From Staphylococcus phage AH12, in sequence record OR455461.1: DNA of 64,000 nt; one strand, written 5' to 3'. Below are positions 31,657 through 40,644 of the stretch, piece after piece. The notes beneath the pieces were generated by a model. The model was not told where the DNA came from, did no database searches, and saw nothing but the letters and a program-made list of their open reading frames with translations. Both the position numbers and the translations under genes were made by a program. Positions within the stretch are counted from its first letter, which is position 1. Each line of letters starts with the position of its first letter.

Positions 31657-32268
31657 TTATTTTAAATTATTAACAAATTCAGTTATTTTCTCTATAATAT
31701 AATCATATGAATAAGCTTCATCATTATTTTCATAAGCGAGTAATTTTCCTTTATTTGCATATTCATCAGCTAATTCATTGTATTTTGAATCTTGGTCAAT
31801 TGATTTATTATGTCCTTTTGTCCATGATAAATTTATATTAAACCTCATTCCTAAATTATATTTTATATCATCTATTAATGACCATAGTTCTTTATTTTTT
31901 ATAGGAGCTCCTGTATTTGTTAACCAACCATTTTCTGACCATTTTGAAAGATATTTATTAAAACCATCAACAACATATCTAGAATCTGTTTTAATATTTA
32001 TATTTAATTTTCCCTCACCTTTATACGTTTCTATAGCAAATAGAACGGAAAATATAAATGATAATATTTCTAAATTGTTATTAGTTAATTTTTCATCCAT
32101 CACAGGTATTCCCATAGAATCAAAAGGTCTATCTTCTTCAGGCAAATATATACCTAACCCACCATATTTAGTTCCTTTAGATTTAACACCTTTTATTGCA
32201 CCATCACAATAAATTATTACTTTATCACTGTTTTTATCTAAATATTTTTTAAAGTCTATCAAATTCAT
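31657..32268 (-). CDS. RNase HI-like ribonuclease H
   Basis: RNase H motifs in order: YCDGA, TNNNLEILS (TNN.aEL), DSRYVV, W..NGW. Confidence 0.65.
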   Translation of the reverse strand: MNLIDFKKYLDKNSDKVIIYCDGAIKGVKSKGTKYGGLGIYLPEEDRPFDSMGIPVMDEKLTNNNLEILSFIFSVLFAIETYKGEGKLNINIKTDSRYVVDGFNKYLSKWSENGWLTNTGAPIKNKELWSLIDDIKYNLGMRFNINLSWTKGHNKSIDQDSKYNELADEYANKGKLLAYENNDEAYSYDYIIEKITEFVNNLK

Positions 32269-32299
32269 ACACCGTCCTAGAATTTATAAAAAAAAATAA

Positions 32300-32326
32300 A
32301 TGAAGAGAGATTAGATCTCTCTTCAT
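32300..32326. terminator. perfect palindrome ATGAAGAGAGAT tag ATCTCTCTTCAT
   Basis: 12-bp stem with a 3-nt loop downstream of 32368..34440, followed by a T-run on the minus strand. Confidence 0.5.
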
Positions 32327-32367
32327 CCTTTATATAATTAAAAAGTTTTTACCATTTATTAATTTTA

Positions 32368-34440
32368 TTAAACCATAAATGAATCTAAGATCTCTTCATC
32401 TAAAGATTTAACATCAGTTTCTTCACCAGTAATTAATTTAACTAAATCTTCGTCACTATCTAAATCTTTATTAGTAACTTTAATTCTAATGTCTTCTAAA
32501 GTATCTGTTCCTTCAAGAACATCAATATAATCACTAACAAATTGAACTTCACCATCAATATTAGTAACTTTAATAGTATGACTATCCGAGAACTCTACGC
32601 TATCTACGAAAGCAAATTTAGTATTATCATTAATTAATTTATTAATGAATAATTTACGTTTAGCGATTTCTAATTCAATATCGCCTTTACGAATTTTATC
32701 AATTCTATGTGTAGAACCTGCATATTTAAACGATACATCCTTAGTGAATTTGTTTTCTTTAATAATTTGATATGTCATATTTAATTTCTCCTCTTTATTA
32801 TCATTTTTAGTTTCTTTTACATTTTTTATAGTAGATTCTTTTGATTTAATTTCTTCCTGTACCTCTTTTAATTCATCTTCATTATTAATTTCAATAATAC
32901 TTTCTTTTTCAGGTTTAGTAAATGCATATTTTCCTTCAATTATATTTTGATATTGATTAGTAAATGCATCAACGTAATTTTTATCCTCATCAAATATGTT
33001 ATCCAATGAAGATTTTAAACTTAGTTTTAGATTTGAATATCTATGTGAAGTTGTATCAATACGTTTACTACTATTAAATATATCTTTTCTTGAAGTAAAG
33101 ACATTTTTAATATCTTCATTAAAATCAGTGTTATTATTTTCAAAAGTAATGAATTTCATTAATTTTATAACATTGAAATCATCAAGTTTTATAGTTTGGT
33201 TACTTGATTGTATATATTCAAATAAGAAGTTATTGAATAAAGTATAACCTACTATATGAGTACTAGTGCTTAATGTTTCTGATATGTTCATTTTTAATGG
33301 ATATTCATTTTTCTTCTTCTTAGTATAACCACGTTTATTTTCTGAATTCAATAAATATGATTTGGAAGTGAATTCATTAACATTCCCTTTAGAGTATATT
33401 CCTGAATAAACACCTTGAAGAAGTTCAAATGTAAATCTTTTTAAAGTATACTCAATATTTTCTATGCCTAAGAAACTTAAGAATAAATCATATATCAATG
33501 TCTCTCTAATAGGATGGTCATAACTAACTGACAAGAAGCGTTGTCTAAATGGATTGAAATATAAATTTTCTCTAGTTAAGATATTTGTATCTCTTATTTT
33601 TTGTTCTTTTCCATTTGTACATATAAATAAATCTAATCTAGTATCATCCCTTGCATCACTTACTTTTGGAATATTGAATAATGGATTACTAGCGAAATAA
33701 TAATCTGAACGTTGACTAAATGTAAACACTTCAGAATATGTTCTATTTGAAAATATATCATTTCTTTCAATCTTTCCAGTCAATTTACCTTCTTTACTTC
33801 TAATATTTATATTAGCATCCATTAGTAAATCAAAATAATTAATTGCGTCATAAGATTTATTTAATAGCTCCTCATTGTTTAATGAAATTAAATAACTACC
33901 TAAATTATCTACACTTAATTCTTTATACGCTGCCATAATAGAATCTTTATTAATTTCAGCAATTAAATCGTATAATGTATTTCTTTCATAATTACCAAAA
34001 CTGCTTAGTTTTTTATGGAAACTAAAATCTGCAGTTTTATAAAATTTATAAACCATTAAATTGTCAACGATACTTGATTTAATAAATTTTAATAATGCAT
34101 CTACATTTACATCACTATTTTTATCTTTAACATTCATTTTTGGACCATATACTCTAGTAACAAAAGGAATACTATCAATTGAATAAATGATAAAAATATT
34201 TCTAGATTCTTCATTATTATCATTAGAAATAAATCTAAACATTGTATCTGTTATTTTATTTTCTTTCATAATATTAATAACGCCATCAAAAAGATTATTT
34301 ACATTATTTACATAATTTTCATCATTTACCATTTTAGATGGTTGATTAACATCTATTTCTTTCTTAAACCAACGTTTAACTTCCTTTAAACTGATATTAC
34401 TTTCTGACAAATTGTTTTTCTTTAGTATTATTCTACTCAT
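32368..34440 (-). CDS. hypothetical protein
   Basis: 690-aa ORF. Confidence 0.55.
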   Translation of the reverse strand: MSRIILKKNNLSESNISLKEVKRWFKKEIDVNQPSKMVNDENYVNNVNNLFDGVINIMKENKITDTMFRFISNDNNEESRNIFIIYSIDSIPFVTRVYGPKMNVKDKNSDVNVDALLKFIKSSIVDNLMVYKFYKTADFSFHKKLSSFGNYERNTLYDLIAEINKDSIMAAYKELSVDNLGSYLISLNNEELLNKSYDAINYFDLLMDANINIRSKEGKLTGKIERNDIFSNRTYSEVFTFSQRSDYYFASNPLFNIPKVSDARDDTRLDLFICTNGKEQKIRDTNILTRENLYFNPFRQRFLSVSYDHPIRETLIYDLFLSFLGIENIEYTLKRFTFELLQGVYSGIYSKGNVNEFTSKSYLLNSENKRGYTKKKKNEYPLKMNISETLSTSTHIVGYTLFNNFLFEYIQSSNQTIKLDDFNVIKLMKFITFENNNTDFNEDIKNVFTSRKDIFNSSKRIDTTSHRYSNLKLSLKSSLDNIFDEDKNYVDAFTNQYQNIIEGKYAFTKPEKESIIEINNEDELKEVQEEIKSKESTIKNVKETKNDNKEEKLNMTYQIIKENKFTKDVSFKYAGSTHRIDKIRKGDIELEIAKRKLFINKLINDNTKFAFVDSVEFSDSHTIKVTNIDGEVQFVSDYIDVLEGTDTLEDIRIKVTNKDLDSDEDLVKLITGEETDVKSLDEEILDSFMV

Positions 34441-34500
34441 ATCCGATTCACTCTCCTAGTGTAATTTTTATGAAATACTATTAGCTAATTAGTACTTCAC

Positions 34501-34519
34501 TTTTATAATATATATTTAA
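34501..34519 (-). promoter_or_regulatory. class-A motif TTTAAATATATATTATAAA (minus strand)
   Basis: Reverse complement of plus TTTATAATATATATTTAAA, upstream of 32368..34440. The same 19-mer core recurs at 37681, 40048 and 61060. Confidence 0.35.
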
Positions 34520-34571
34520 AAATTGATATAAAACGGTAATATGTAACTCATATAGTTTAAAATATTATGAT

Positions 34572-34584
34572 AACATATTATTAT
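34572..34584 (+). promoter_or_regulatory. candidate late promoter AACA-N6-TAT
   Basis: AACAtattatTAT 36 nt upstream of ATG 34619. Confidence 0.35.
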
Positions 34585-34618
34585 AATAATACAAACAAAA
34601 TTATTCAGAAAGAAGGTC

Positions 34619-35311
34619 ATGAAATCTATGCAAATGCCAAAAGTAGATAAAAAAGACCTGCCAAAATTAATAGAAACAATAGAGTTAAATGTAGATGAAA
34701 CTAAAAAATTTGATATGTACAATACTGAAGATGAAATCAAGTCTGAAGAGACTTTTAATAAATATGTAGAAAAAATAATTAGAAGCTCATTTGAATATAA
34801 ATCATTTATTAAAGCTTTGAAAACTGAAATGGATCTAACTAAATGTAAATTTATTCCAGAGGTAGATATAAATGATGATAAAAAGCTTACTATTGAGATG
34901 CATCACTATCCACTTTCATTGTACGACATCGTTTCTAGTTATCGTGAAAAATTAAAAACTAATTATGAATATAAACAGTCATATGAAAGTTTTACTGTAG
35001 CAGAAGATGTTATTAAAATGCATTTTGAAGGTAATATAGGTATTGTACCATTATCATATACTGCACATGAGTTAGCTCATAATGGTGATCTGTTTATACC
35101 ATTAAATGAAGAATTTGTTTTTGGTAATTTTGAAGGTCTTTTTGATCAGATTGAGTTAGAAGCTCCTTTAGAAAATAAAATAGAAGCAGTTAAGAAAATG
35201 ACTAAGAAATATGAAGAAGATCCGTCTCTATATGAGTCAGAGGTTCTTGATAAAGTTAAAACTGAAATAAAAATGAAAAATGAAGTTAAACCAAATAAGA
35301 TAATACAATAA
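34619..35311 (+). CDS. hypothetical protein
   Basis: 230-aa ORF. Confidence 0.5.
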   Translation: MKSMQMPKVDKKDLPKLIETIELNVDETKKFDMYNTEDEIKSEETFNKYVEKIIRSSFEYKSFIKALKTEMDLTKCKFIPEVDINDDKKLTIEMHHYPLSLYDIVSSYREKLKTNYEYKQSYESFTVAEDVIKMHFEGNIGIVPLSYTAHELAHNGDLFIPLNEEFVFGNFEGLFDQIELEAPLENKIEAVKKMTKKYEEDPSLYESEVLDKVKTEIKMKNEVKPNKIIQ

Positions 35312-35327
35312 AAAAAATAATAAAATT

Positions 35328-35355
35328 CCCCTAACCTATTAATTTAGGTTAGGGG
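35328..35355. terminator. palindromic terminator element variant (CCCCTAACCTA ttaatt TAGGTTAGGGG)
   Basis: Same flanks (A-run, ATAATAAAAT ... ATATATTTTTAA) as the copies at 30423 and 58843. Stem carries compensatory substitutions. Confidence 0.6.
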
Positions 35356-35367
35356 ATATATTTTTAA

Positions 35368-37626
35368 TCATTCAAATATAAAATTAGTTGAACCTGTATC
35401 ATATACTTTATTTATATAAGTTTTATTTTTATCAATCTTATGTCTTATATAACTATCATTACTTGTACCTTTTAAGAAAGTCTTTTCAATAGGTAATTCA
35501 TTACCTACTTTATACATTCCAAATTTCTCAAATTTATAACATGTATATGAATCAGATTTTACATTAAAAGTTAGACTTGGAAATATCTTTTTAATTTTAA
35601 TTAAATCTGCGTCTGTATTTAAAAGTGAAATAAAATTATGTGATACATTAGTCTTATTATTAAAAGAAAATGCACAAATAATATAACCTTTATAATAAAG
35701 AGCGAAGAAGTCAGAATCTTTCCCATAAAAGTCTTCTGTTGAATGATTTTCAAAGAAATCTTTAAATGTAAAGAATCCCATAGATTTAATTTTTATATCA
35801 CCATAATCTAATACAGAATAATCATCTTTAAATAGTAACAATTGATGTAAGAATTTAGCATAATTCTTACCATCAATTCTTTTAGTTTCATTACGGATAT
35901 CATCATCAAATAAATTAAGAAGATGGTACCCTTTTTCTTTAAGTTCATTGTATTTCTTAAGTTGATGATATTTAGCATTTATATCAGATTTAGTTTCATT
36001 GGAATGATATTTAACTCCATTAACTTCAATAGCCAATTTATACTTTTCAGAGAGTATATCAATTTCTTTACCATCTAACAAATCTCTATTCTGTCTTTCT
36101 ATATCAAAACCTAAATATTTCATTTCATCAGATACTTTTGATTCAGCAATAGAAGATTTTCCATTACTACATGACGGACAATTAATACCTTTTTCTATTA
36201 AATCATTTGCATTTATTTTAAATTCACCATGGTCTTTACATATTACTATTGATCTTTCATATTTATCGTTAGGTCTAAATTTACTCATATTATATTTATC
36301 TTTACCATGTTTAATATTTGCAAGTGTTTGATATACTTCAGTCTTTTCTTCTTCAGTATAATCAAAGTTATTAAGATTTTTAATCTTAGTATTAAGTGAC
36401 TTTATACGTTTATACTCTTTTAATTCCTGAACAGAATATTTTCTCTTATTCTTTATTTTTGGTATTGATACTGATACTGAAACTATTTCTTTTTGATCTT
36501 CATTTGAATCTTTAACTTTATCTTTAACTTTATCTTTAACTTTATCTTTAACTTTATCTTTAATATTATCCTTAACTTTATCAATATCAAAATTATTAGA
36601 GATTTCTCTTTCTATATTTTCTTTCTTCATATTCTTTTTAATTTTCGGTGTTTTCTTTATACCTTTAAGTAATTTCTCAGTTTCTTCTTCACGTTTCTTT
36701 TTATTATTCTCTACGATTTTTTCCCAGTCTTTATCTATACTAAGTTTTTCTTCTTCACATTTAGGACAAGCTAATTTTTTATCAAATAACATTTCGTGTA
36801 TAGATGTTTTAAATTCACCATGTTTTTCACATATAATTGGTTGAATATCTTTTTCGTTAATAGGTCTAAATTTAGAAAAATCATAGTTTGTATTATTAGC
36901 TTTATTTAGAGCTAAATCATAAATATGGTTTTTCTCATCTTCTGTATAATCTTTAGTCAATTCTAAAAATAAATCAGGATCTATGTCTTTTAAATTATTA
37001 AAGATATTTTCAGTAGTTGCAACTTCTCCATCTTTCTTACAACCTGGACAGCCATCAAGATTATTTATAAGAAAATTTTTAACTGAACTTTTAAAGCTAC
37101 CATGTTTTTCACAGACTATATTTTGTTTAGTATTTATACTGTTCGGTTTAAAATTAGATACATCATAAGGAGAATATAGTCCATATTTAGCTATTGTAAT
37201 ATTATAGAAGAATAAATATTTTTCTTCTTTACTTTTATTCTTTAAATATCTAACTTTATCTTTCATTTTAGTAGAGCTATTTAAGAAAAATGTATAAGGT
37301 TCTAAAAATTCATTAGGATCTTCTACCATAGGAGATTCAAGTCGCTTAGTTCTTTCTTTATTTTTTAAAAATTTCTCAGCGTTAACTTTATTTTCATTTT
37401 CTCCTGATTCAATTATTCTTAAACAGCTTTCAAAATAATTATCGAACCATTCTTTACTTTTAGTATATTTAATCATTCTTATTTTAAAATCTTCAGATAT
37501 TTTTCCTTTATATGTTACTTTTACTTTATCTTCATTTATTTGATAATCTTTATCATTATCTATATTAAATGTATAGTCATTACCTAATTTTTCTTTAAAG
37601 CTTTCTCTTAATTTTTTACCTAACAT
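35368..37626 (-). CDS. homing-endonuclease-like protein: three CxxHG...CPxC zinc-ribbon modules, KDKV tandem repeat, Vsr/DUF559-like nuclease domain
   Basis: Repeated CEKHG(S/E)FK ... CP(G/K/S)C modules three times. LAIEVNGVKYHS motif shared with the other HE-like ORFs. Confidence 0.5.
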   Translation of the reverse strand: MLGKKLRESFKEKLGNDYTFNIDNDKDYQINEDKVKVTYKGKISEDFKIRMIKYTKSKEWFDNYFESCLRIIESGENENKVNAEKFLKNKERTKRLESPMVEDPNEFLEPYTFFLNSSTKMKDKVRYLKNKSKEEKYLFFYNITIAKYGLYSPYDVSNFKPNSINTKQNIVCEKHGSFKSSVKNFLINNLDGCPGCKKDGEVATTENIFNNLKDIDPDLFLELTKDYTEDEKNHIYDLALNKANNTNYDFSKFRPINEKDIQPIICEKHGEFKTSIHEMLFDKKLACPKCEEEKLSIDKDWEKIVENNKKKREEETEKLLKGIKKTPKIKKNMKKENIEREISNNFDIDKVKDNIKDKVKDKVKDKVKDKVKDSNEDQKEIVSVSVSIPKIKNKRKYSVQELKEYKRIKSLNTKIKNLNNFDYTEEEKTEVYQTLANIKHGKDKYNMSKFRPNDKYERSIVICKDHGEFKINANDLIEKGINCPSCSNGKSSIAESKVSDEMKYLGFDIERQNRDLLDGKEIDILSEKYKLAIEVNGVKYHSNETKSDINAKYHQLKKYNELKEKGYHLLNLFDDDIRNETKRIDGKNYAKFLHQLLLFKDDYSVLDYGDIKIKSMGFFTFKDFFENHSTEDFYGKDSDFFALYYKGYIICAFSFNNKTNVSHNFISLLNTDADLIKIKKIFPSLTFNVKSDSYTCYKFEKFGMYKVGNELPIEKTFLKGTSNDSYIRHKIDKNKTYINKVYDTGSTNFIFE
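36501..36575. repeat. 12-bp coding tandem repeat (CTTTATCTTTAA x ~6) encoding (KDKV)n
   Basis: Direct tandem repeats visible in the sequence, inside 35368..37626. Confidence 0.7.
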
Positions 37627-37680
37627 ATCATGTTCATCTCCATATTATAATATTAAGATTATATTTTAATAATCTCAAAT

Positions 37681-37698
37681 TTATAATATATATTTAAA
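37681..37698 (-). promoter_or_regulatory. class-A motif TTTAAATATATATTATAA (minus strand)
   Basis: About 55 nt upstream of the HE-like gene start at 37626. Confidence 0.35.
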
Positions 37699-37714
37699 AC
37701 GTAAAATAAAATAA

Positions 37715-37744
37715 TCCCAATATCTAATTTAATAGATATTGGGA
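37715..37744. terminator. palindromic element variant (TCCCAATATCTA atttaa TAGATATTGGGA)
   Basis: 12-bp stem, same family. Confidence 0.45.
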
Positions 37745-37758
37745 AATATGTATAAATT

Positions 37759-37806
37759 AACCCTAACCTCTTCGACTAATTCAAAATCAATCTGTAGGTT
37801 AGGGTT
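37759..37806. other. long-range hairpin AACCCTAACCT ... AGGTTAGGGTT with 26-nt loop
   Basis: 11-bp stem. Stem sequence related to the 35328 variant. Confidence 0.4.
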
Positions 37807-38180
37807 AATGTTACTTTTACGAGAAAAGTATAAAGTTGCTTTAATAATTTTTTATATCCTATAAAGCATAAGAAGGATTAAAGAAACCAATATATGCATG
37901 GAACATATTAGGAATCTTATAGTGATATTTTAATAGTCTAGTTTTTCTTATATTAGGAACTAAAACTAGAAAACCTAAAGTGTATTAAAGTCAGATACTT
38001 ATCACAAATTAATGTAAAATAAGTCCTCTTTAATACTTCTTTTTTAATACTTTTTTACAACTAAAGATATGCCTTAACTTTAGTTGAATCTAATAAATTA
38101 AGTTTGGCATATCACTTAATTTATATTTTATTTATAGCAGGTCTGCAGCCAAGCTATAAGGATGATTAATCCTATAGGGT

Positions 38181-38265
38181 TGTTCCTAATGAGATTCGAA
38201 CTCATAACCTACAGATAAATTTTAATTCATAAATCTGTACGCTCTGACCATTGAGCTATAGGAAC
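38181..38265 (-). tRNA. tRNA-like gene with aberrant anticodon arm (16-20 nt loop); isotype not assignable
   Basis: Canonical acceptor stem (GTTCCTA/TAGGAAC), D-arm GCTC-AATGGTCA-GAGC and T-arm ATGAG-TTCGAAT-CTCAT. The anticodon stem TACAGAT/ATCTGTA encloses a 16-nt loop. Confidence 0.45.
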
Positions 38266-38625
38266 ATAGAAATTTAAAAAAAAATTAAAAGAGTACATTT
38301 ATCATCTATGCACTCTTTTAAGTAAATAAATATATAATAATATCTATTAATTTTTAATTATACGTAAGGAGGCGTATGGATTTCTATTTAAAACCATGAC
38401 ATATTAAAAATAGAAACAAGAGAAACCAAAGAAACATTTTTAAACCAACAACGAGTGACAAAGTAAGTTATAATAGAATTTAATCTATTATATTTTTTAG
38501 TTAAATCAAAAACTAAAAAAAATCTATAATAATTTGACGAGAATCATTATAGATTTATACTATATAGTTAATTAATATTTTTAAATAAAATTTTTTTAAT
38601 AAATAGGAATTTTAGACCAAAAAAA

Positions 38626-38695
38626 AGCTTATCCGAGGGATCGAACCCCGGACACATGATGAAAATCATTGCTCTACCAACTGAGCTAGATAAAC
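38626..38695 (-). tRNA. tRNA gene (short anticodon arm: 4-bp stem and 6-nt loop; isotype uncertain), followed by T7 run
   Basis: Acceptor stem GTTTATC/GATAAGC, D-arm GCTC-AGTTGGTA-GAGC, T-arm CGGGG-TTCGATC-CCTCG. The anticodon region is ATGA-TTTTCA-TCAT. Confidence 0.5.
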
Positions 38696-38742
38696 TTTCT
38701 TCATTATTATAATATATGTTTATATTTCACTATATTACGCTT

Positions 38743-38792
38743 TTAATAAATATAATCTTCTATATCAATTTCATTTTGTTTAATTGTCATAT
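38743..38792 (-). repeat. 50-bp duplicate of the beta-prime gene 3' end (encodes MTIKQNEIDIEDYIY*), differing from copy 40063-40112 only at 3 wobble positions
   Basis: Direct comparison of the two 50-mers: identical except for ata/att, gac/gat and atc/ata, all synonymous. Confidence 0.7.
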
Positions 38793-40027
38793 ATTCCTGA
38801 ATTATGATAATACAATTTTCTTTTATTATCAAAAATTTTCATGGGTTCTTTGATTTCTATTTTATCTTTCATTTTTAAATAATGACTATATTTCATATTA
38901 TCTAAAGAATTTGTTTTTACTTCTTTTTTGATAATATTTTCTAATTTTTCTTTTAAATTATAATTTTCATTCTCATATAAAAATACAGTAGAAAATTTAT
39001 TTTCTAAAAGAAATAGAGCTTTTTCTTGATGATAATATTTATCTTTAAATATTTCTGAATGCCAGTAAGCTCCATTACATTCGATAGCTATTTTTTCTTT
39101 AATATCATCAATATATAAAATTATATCAATTTCTCTTTTACCAATAAATTTATTATTTTCAATATGATAACTATAATTTTCGTTGTCTAAAATTTCTTTT
39201 AATTCATCCAATACATTAATTTCAAATAATGAACGTTGTTTAGAATTACATTTACAACCTCTAGGACGATATCTATCATAATTTATATAATCTTTAAAAA
39301 TAGTATTACATTTATTACATCTAAATGAATATATAAATTCTGAATTTATACCTTTAAATTCATCATAAGTGTTTAAAATGTCTATATCATATTTTTTTAA
39401 TAAATTCTTTAAATTATAATAAGTTTTATTTTTTCTAATTTTATTTAATTTTTCTTTTATGGTGTCATTTTTCATAGGATTGTCTACACCATATCTATTG
39501 ATAAAAGATTCTTTTATTATATTTGACATATTAGGTATTTCATAAATATTATTAGCATCAAATTTATTTTTTATTTGATCTTTAATATTTATGAAATTCC
39601 CATTATTTTTTAAAGTATTATGTGATTTAGAAGATATTACTTTATTTTTCATAGGATTGTCTACACCATATTTATCAATAAAAGCTTTCTTTCTTTTAAT
39701 ATTAAAATCTTCTATTTTATTCATATTGCTTGTTCCATACTTATCTTTTAAAGTTTTTCTTCCTTTTTCATATTTTTCAGGATCTTTCATAGAACAACTT
39801 CTAGAACAATATACTCCTAATTTATGTTTATTTTTTACAAATTTAACTTTATTTTTTCTACAATACTTACAGTAAATTACAGAATTTATATCATTTCTTA
39901 TATAGTACATTCTTTCAGATAAATTTACATCTTTAAATTCATTTAAAAAATCAGTGTATTTAATAATATCATTTTTATATTTATTTAAAGCAGGTCCTTT
40001 TATTTTCTTAATTTGTTCTAATTGCAT
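38780..40027 (-). CDS. homing-endonuclease-like protein with three (K/R)YGVDNPMKN repeats and a Vsr/DUF559-like nuclease domain
   Basis: AIECNGAYWHS motif. Repeated DKYGVDNPMKN modules. Its stop codon lies inside the duplicated 50-mer. Confidence 0.5.
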   Translation of the reverse strand: MQLEQIKKIKGPALNKYKNDIIKYTDFLNEFKDVNLSERMYYIRNDINSVIYCKYCRKNKVKFVKNKHKLGVYCSRSCSMKDPEKYEKGRKTLKDKYGTSNMNKIEDFNIKRKKAFIDKYGVDNPMKNKVISSKSHNTLKNNGNFINIKDQIKNKFDANNIYEIPNMSNIIKESFINRYGVDNPMKNDTIKEKLNKIRKNKTYYNLKNLLKKYDIDILNTYDEFKGINSEFIYSFRCNKCNTIFKDYINYDRYRPRGCKCNSKQRSLFEINVLDELKEILDNENYSYHIENNKFIGKREIDIILYIDDIKEKIAIECNGAYWHSEIFKDKYYHQEKALFLLENKFSTVFLYENENYNLKEKLENIIKKEVKTNSLDNMKYSHYLKMKDKIEIKEPMKIFDNKRKLYYHNSGIYDN

Positions 40028-40047
40028 ATTATCACCCTTTCTAAAAT

Positions 40048-40064
40048 GATAATATATATTTATT
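40048..40064 (-). promoter_or_regulatory. class-A-like motif AATAAATATATATTATC (minus strand)
   Basis: 20 nt upstream of the 40027 start. Overlaps the beta-prime stop. Confidence 0.3.
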
Positions 40065-40458
40065 AATAAATATAATCTTCGATGTCTATTTCATTTTGTT
40101 TAATTGTCATATCATGGAAAGACTTCATAGAGCTTGTTACAATTGCTTGAGCTACCTGATTGACTAATAAACCAATATTTTCTATACCTAATTTGTAAGG
40201 GAGTTCTCCTGCACATTTACTACAGATATCTTCACTTGCACAATACATAGGACTTCTGAAGTTCAATACTTTCCCAATATGCTCATCTACATTTGAAGTA
40301 GTTAACAGTGTTAATTGACCTTTTCTTCCTGAATTATCTTCAAAATATCTATAAAGTAAAAGATTCGCATTATCTTTAGTTAAAGTTAATTTTAATGTAT
40401 GTTTTGTTCTACAATCAGAACCTTGTTTATCTAATACAGTTGTTTGGAAAGCAGACAT
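40063..40458 (-). CDS. multisubunit RNAP beta-prime-like subunit, distal C-terminal exon
   Basis: RSPMYCASEDICSKCAG (compare RSPLTCE..GVCAKCYG) and GLLVNQVAQAIVTSSMKSFH (compare [21 protein letters not shown]). The reading frame is open upstream to 40479. Confidence 0.65.
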   Translation of the reverse strand: MSAFQTTVLDKQGSDCRTKHTLKLTLTKDNANLLLYRYFEDNSGRKGQLTLLTTSNVDEHIGKVLNFRSPMYCASEDICSKCAGELPYKLGIENIGLLVNQVAQAIVTSSMKSFHDMTIKQNEIDIEDYIY

Positions 40459-40482
40459 AAGTTTTTTAGCTTGATCATTTTA

Positions 40483-40603
40483 TTATCTATATTTTATTAT
40501 AGATTAGACTATATCTTATGAATTTAATCATTTCTATATTTAGTCGTTGAACAACTTAATAAAGTTGATGCTAGTTAGTTTTTAACATTCTAGCAATTAA
40601 TAG
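40483..40603 (-). mobile_element. group I intron-like element B (P TTAATTGCTAG, Q CTAGCATC, R GTTCAACGACTAAAT, S GATATAGTCT)
   Basis: All four core elements present in order on the minus strand. The P/Q pairing GCTAG:CTAGC covaries relative to GCTGA:TCAGC in the other four copies. Confidence 0.5.
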
Positions 40604-40644
40604 AATTTATTGTGAGCATCTAATTTACCCACCTTCTTGAGTCA

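Noticed and set aside
36501-36575. Possible CRISPR-like array
   Set aside because: 12-bp units with no spacers, inside an ORF where they encode (KDKV)n. This is a coding tandem repeat, not CRISPR.
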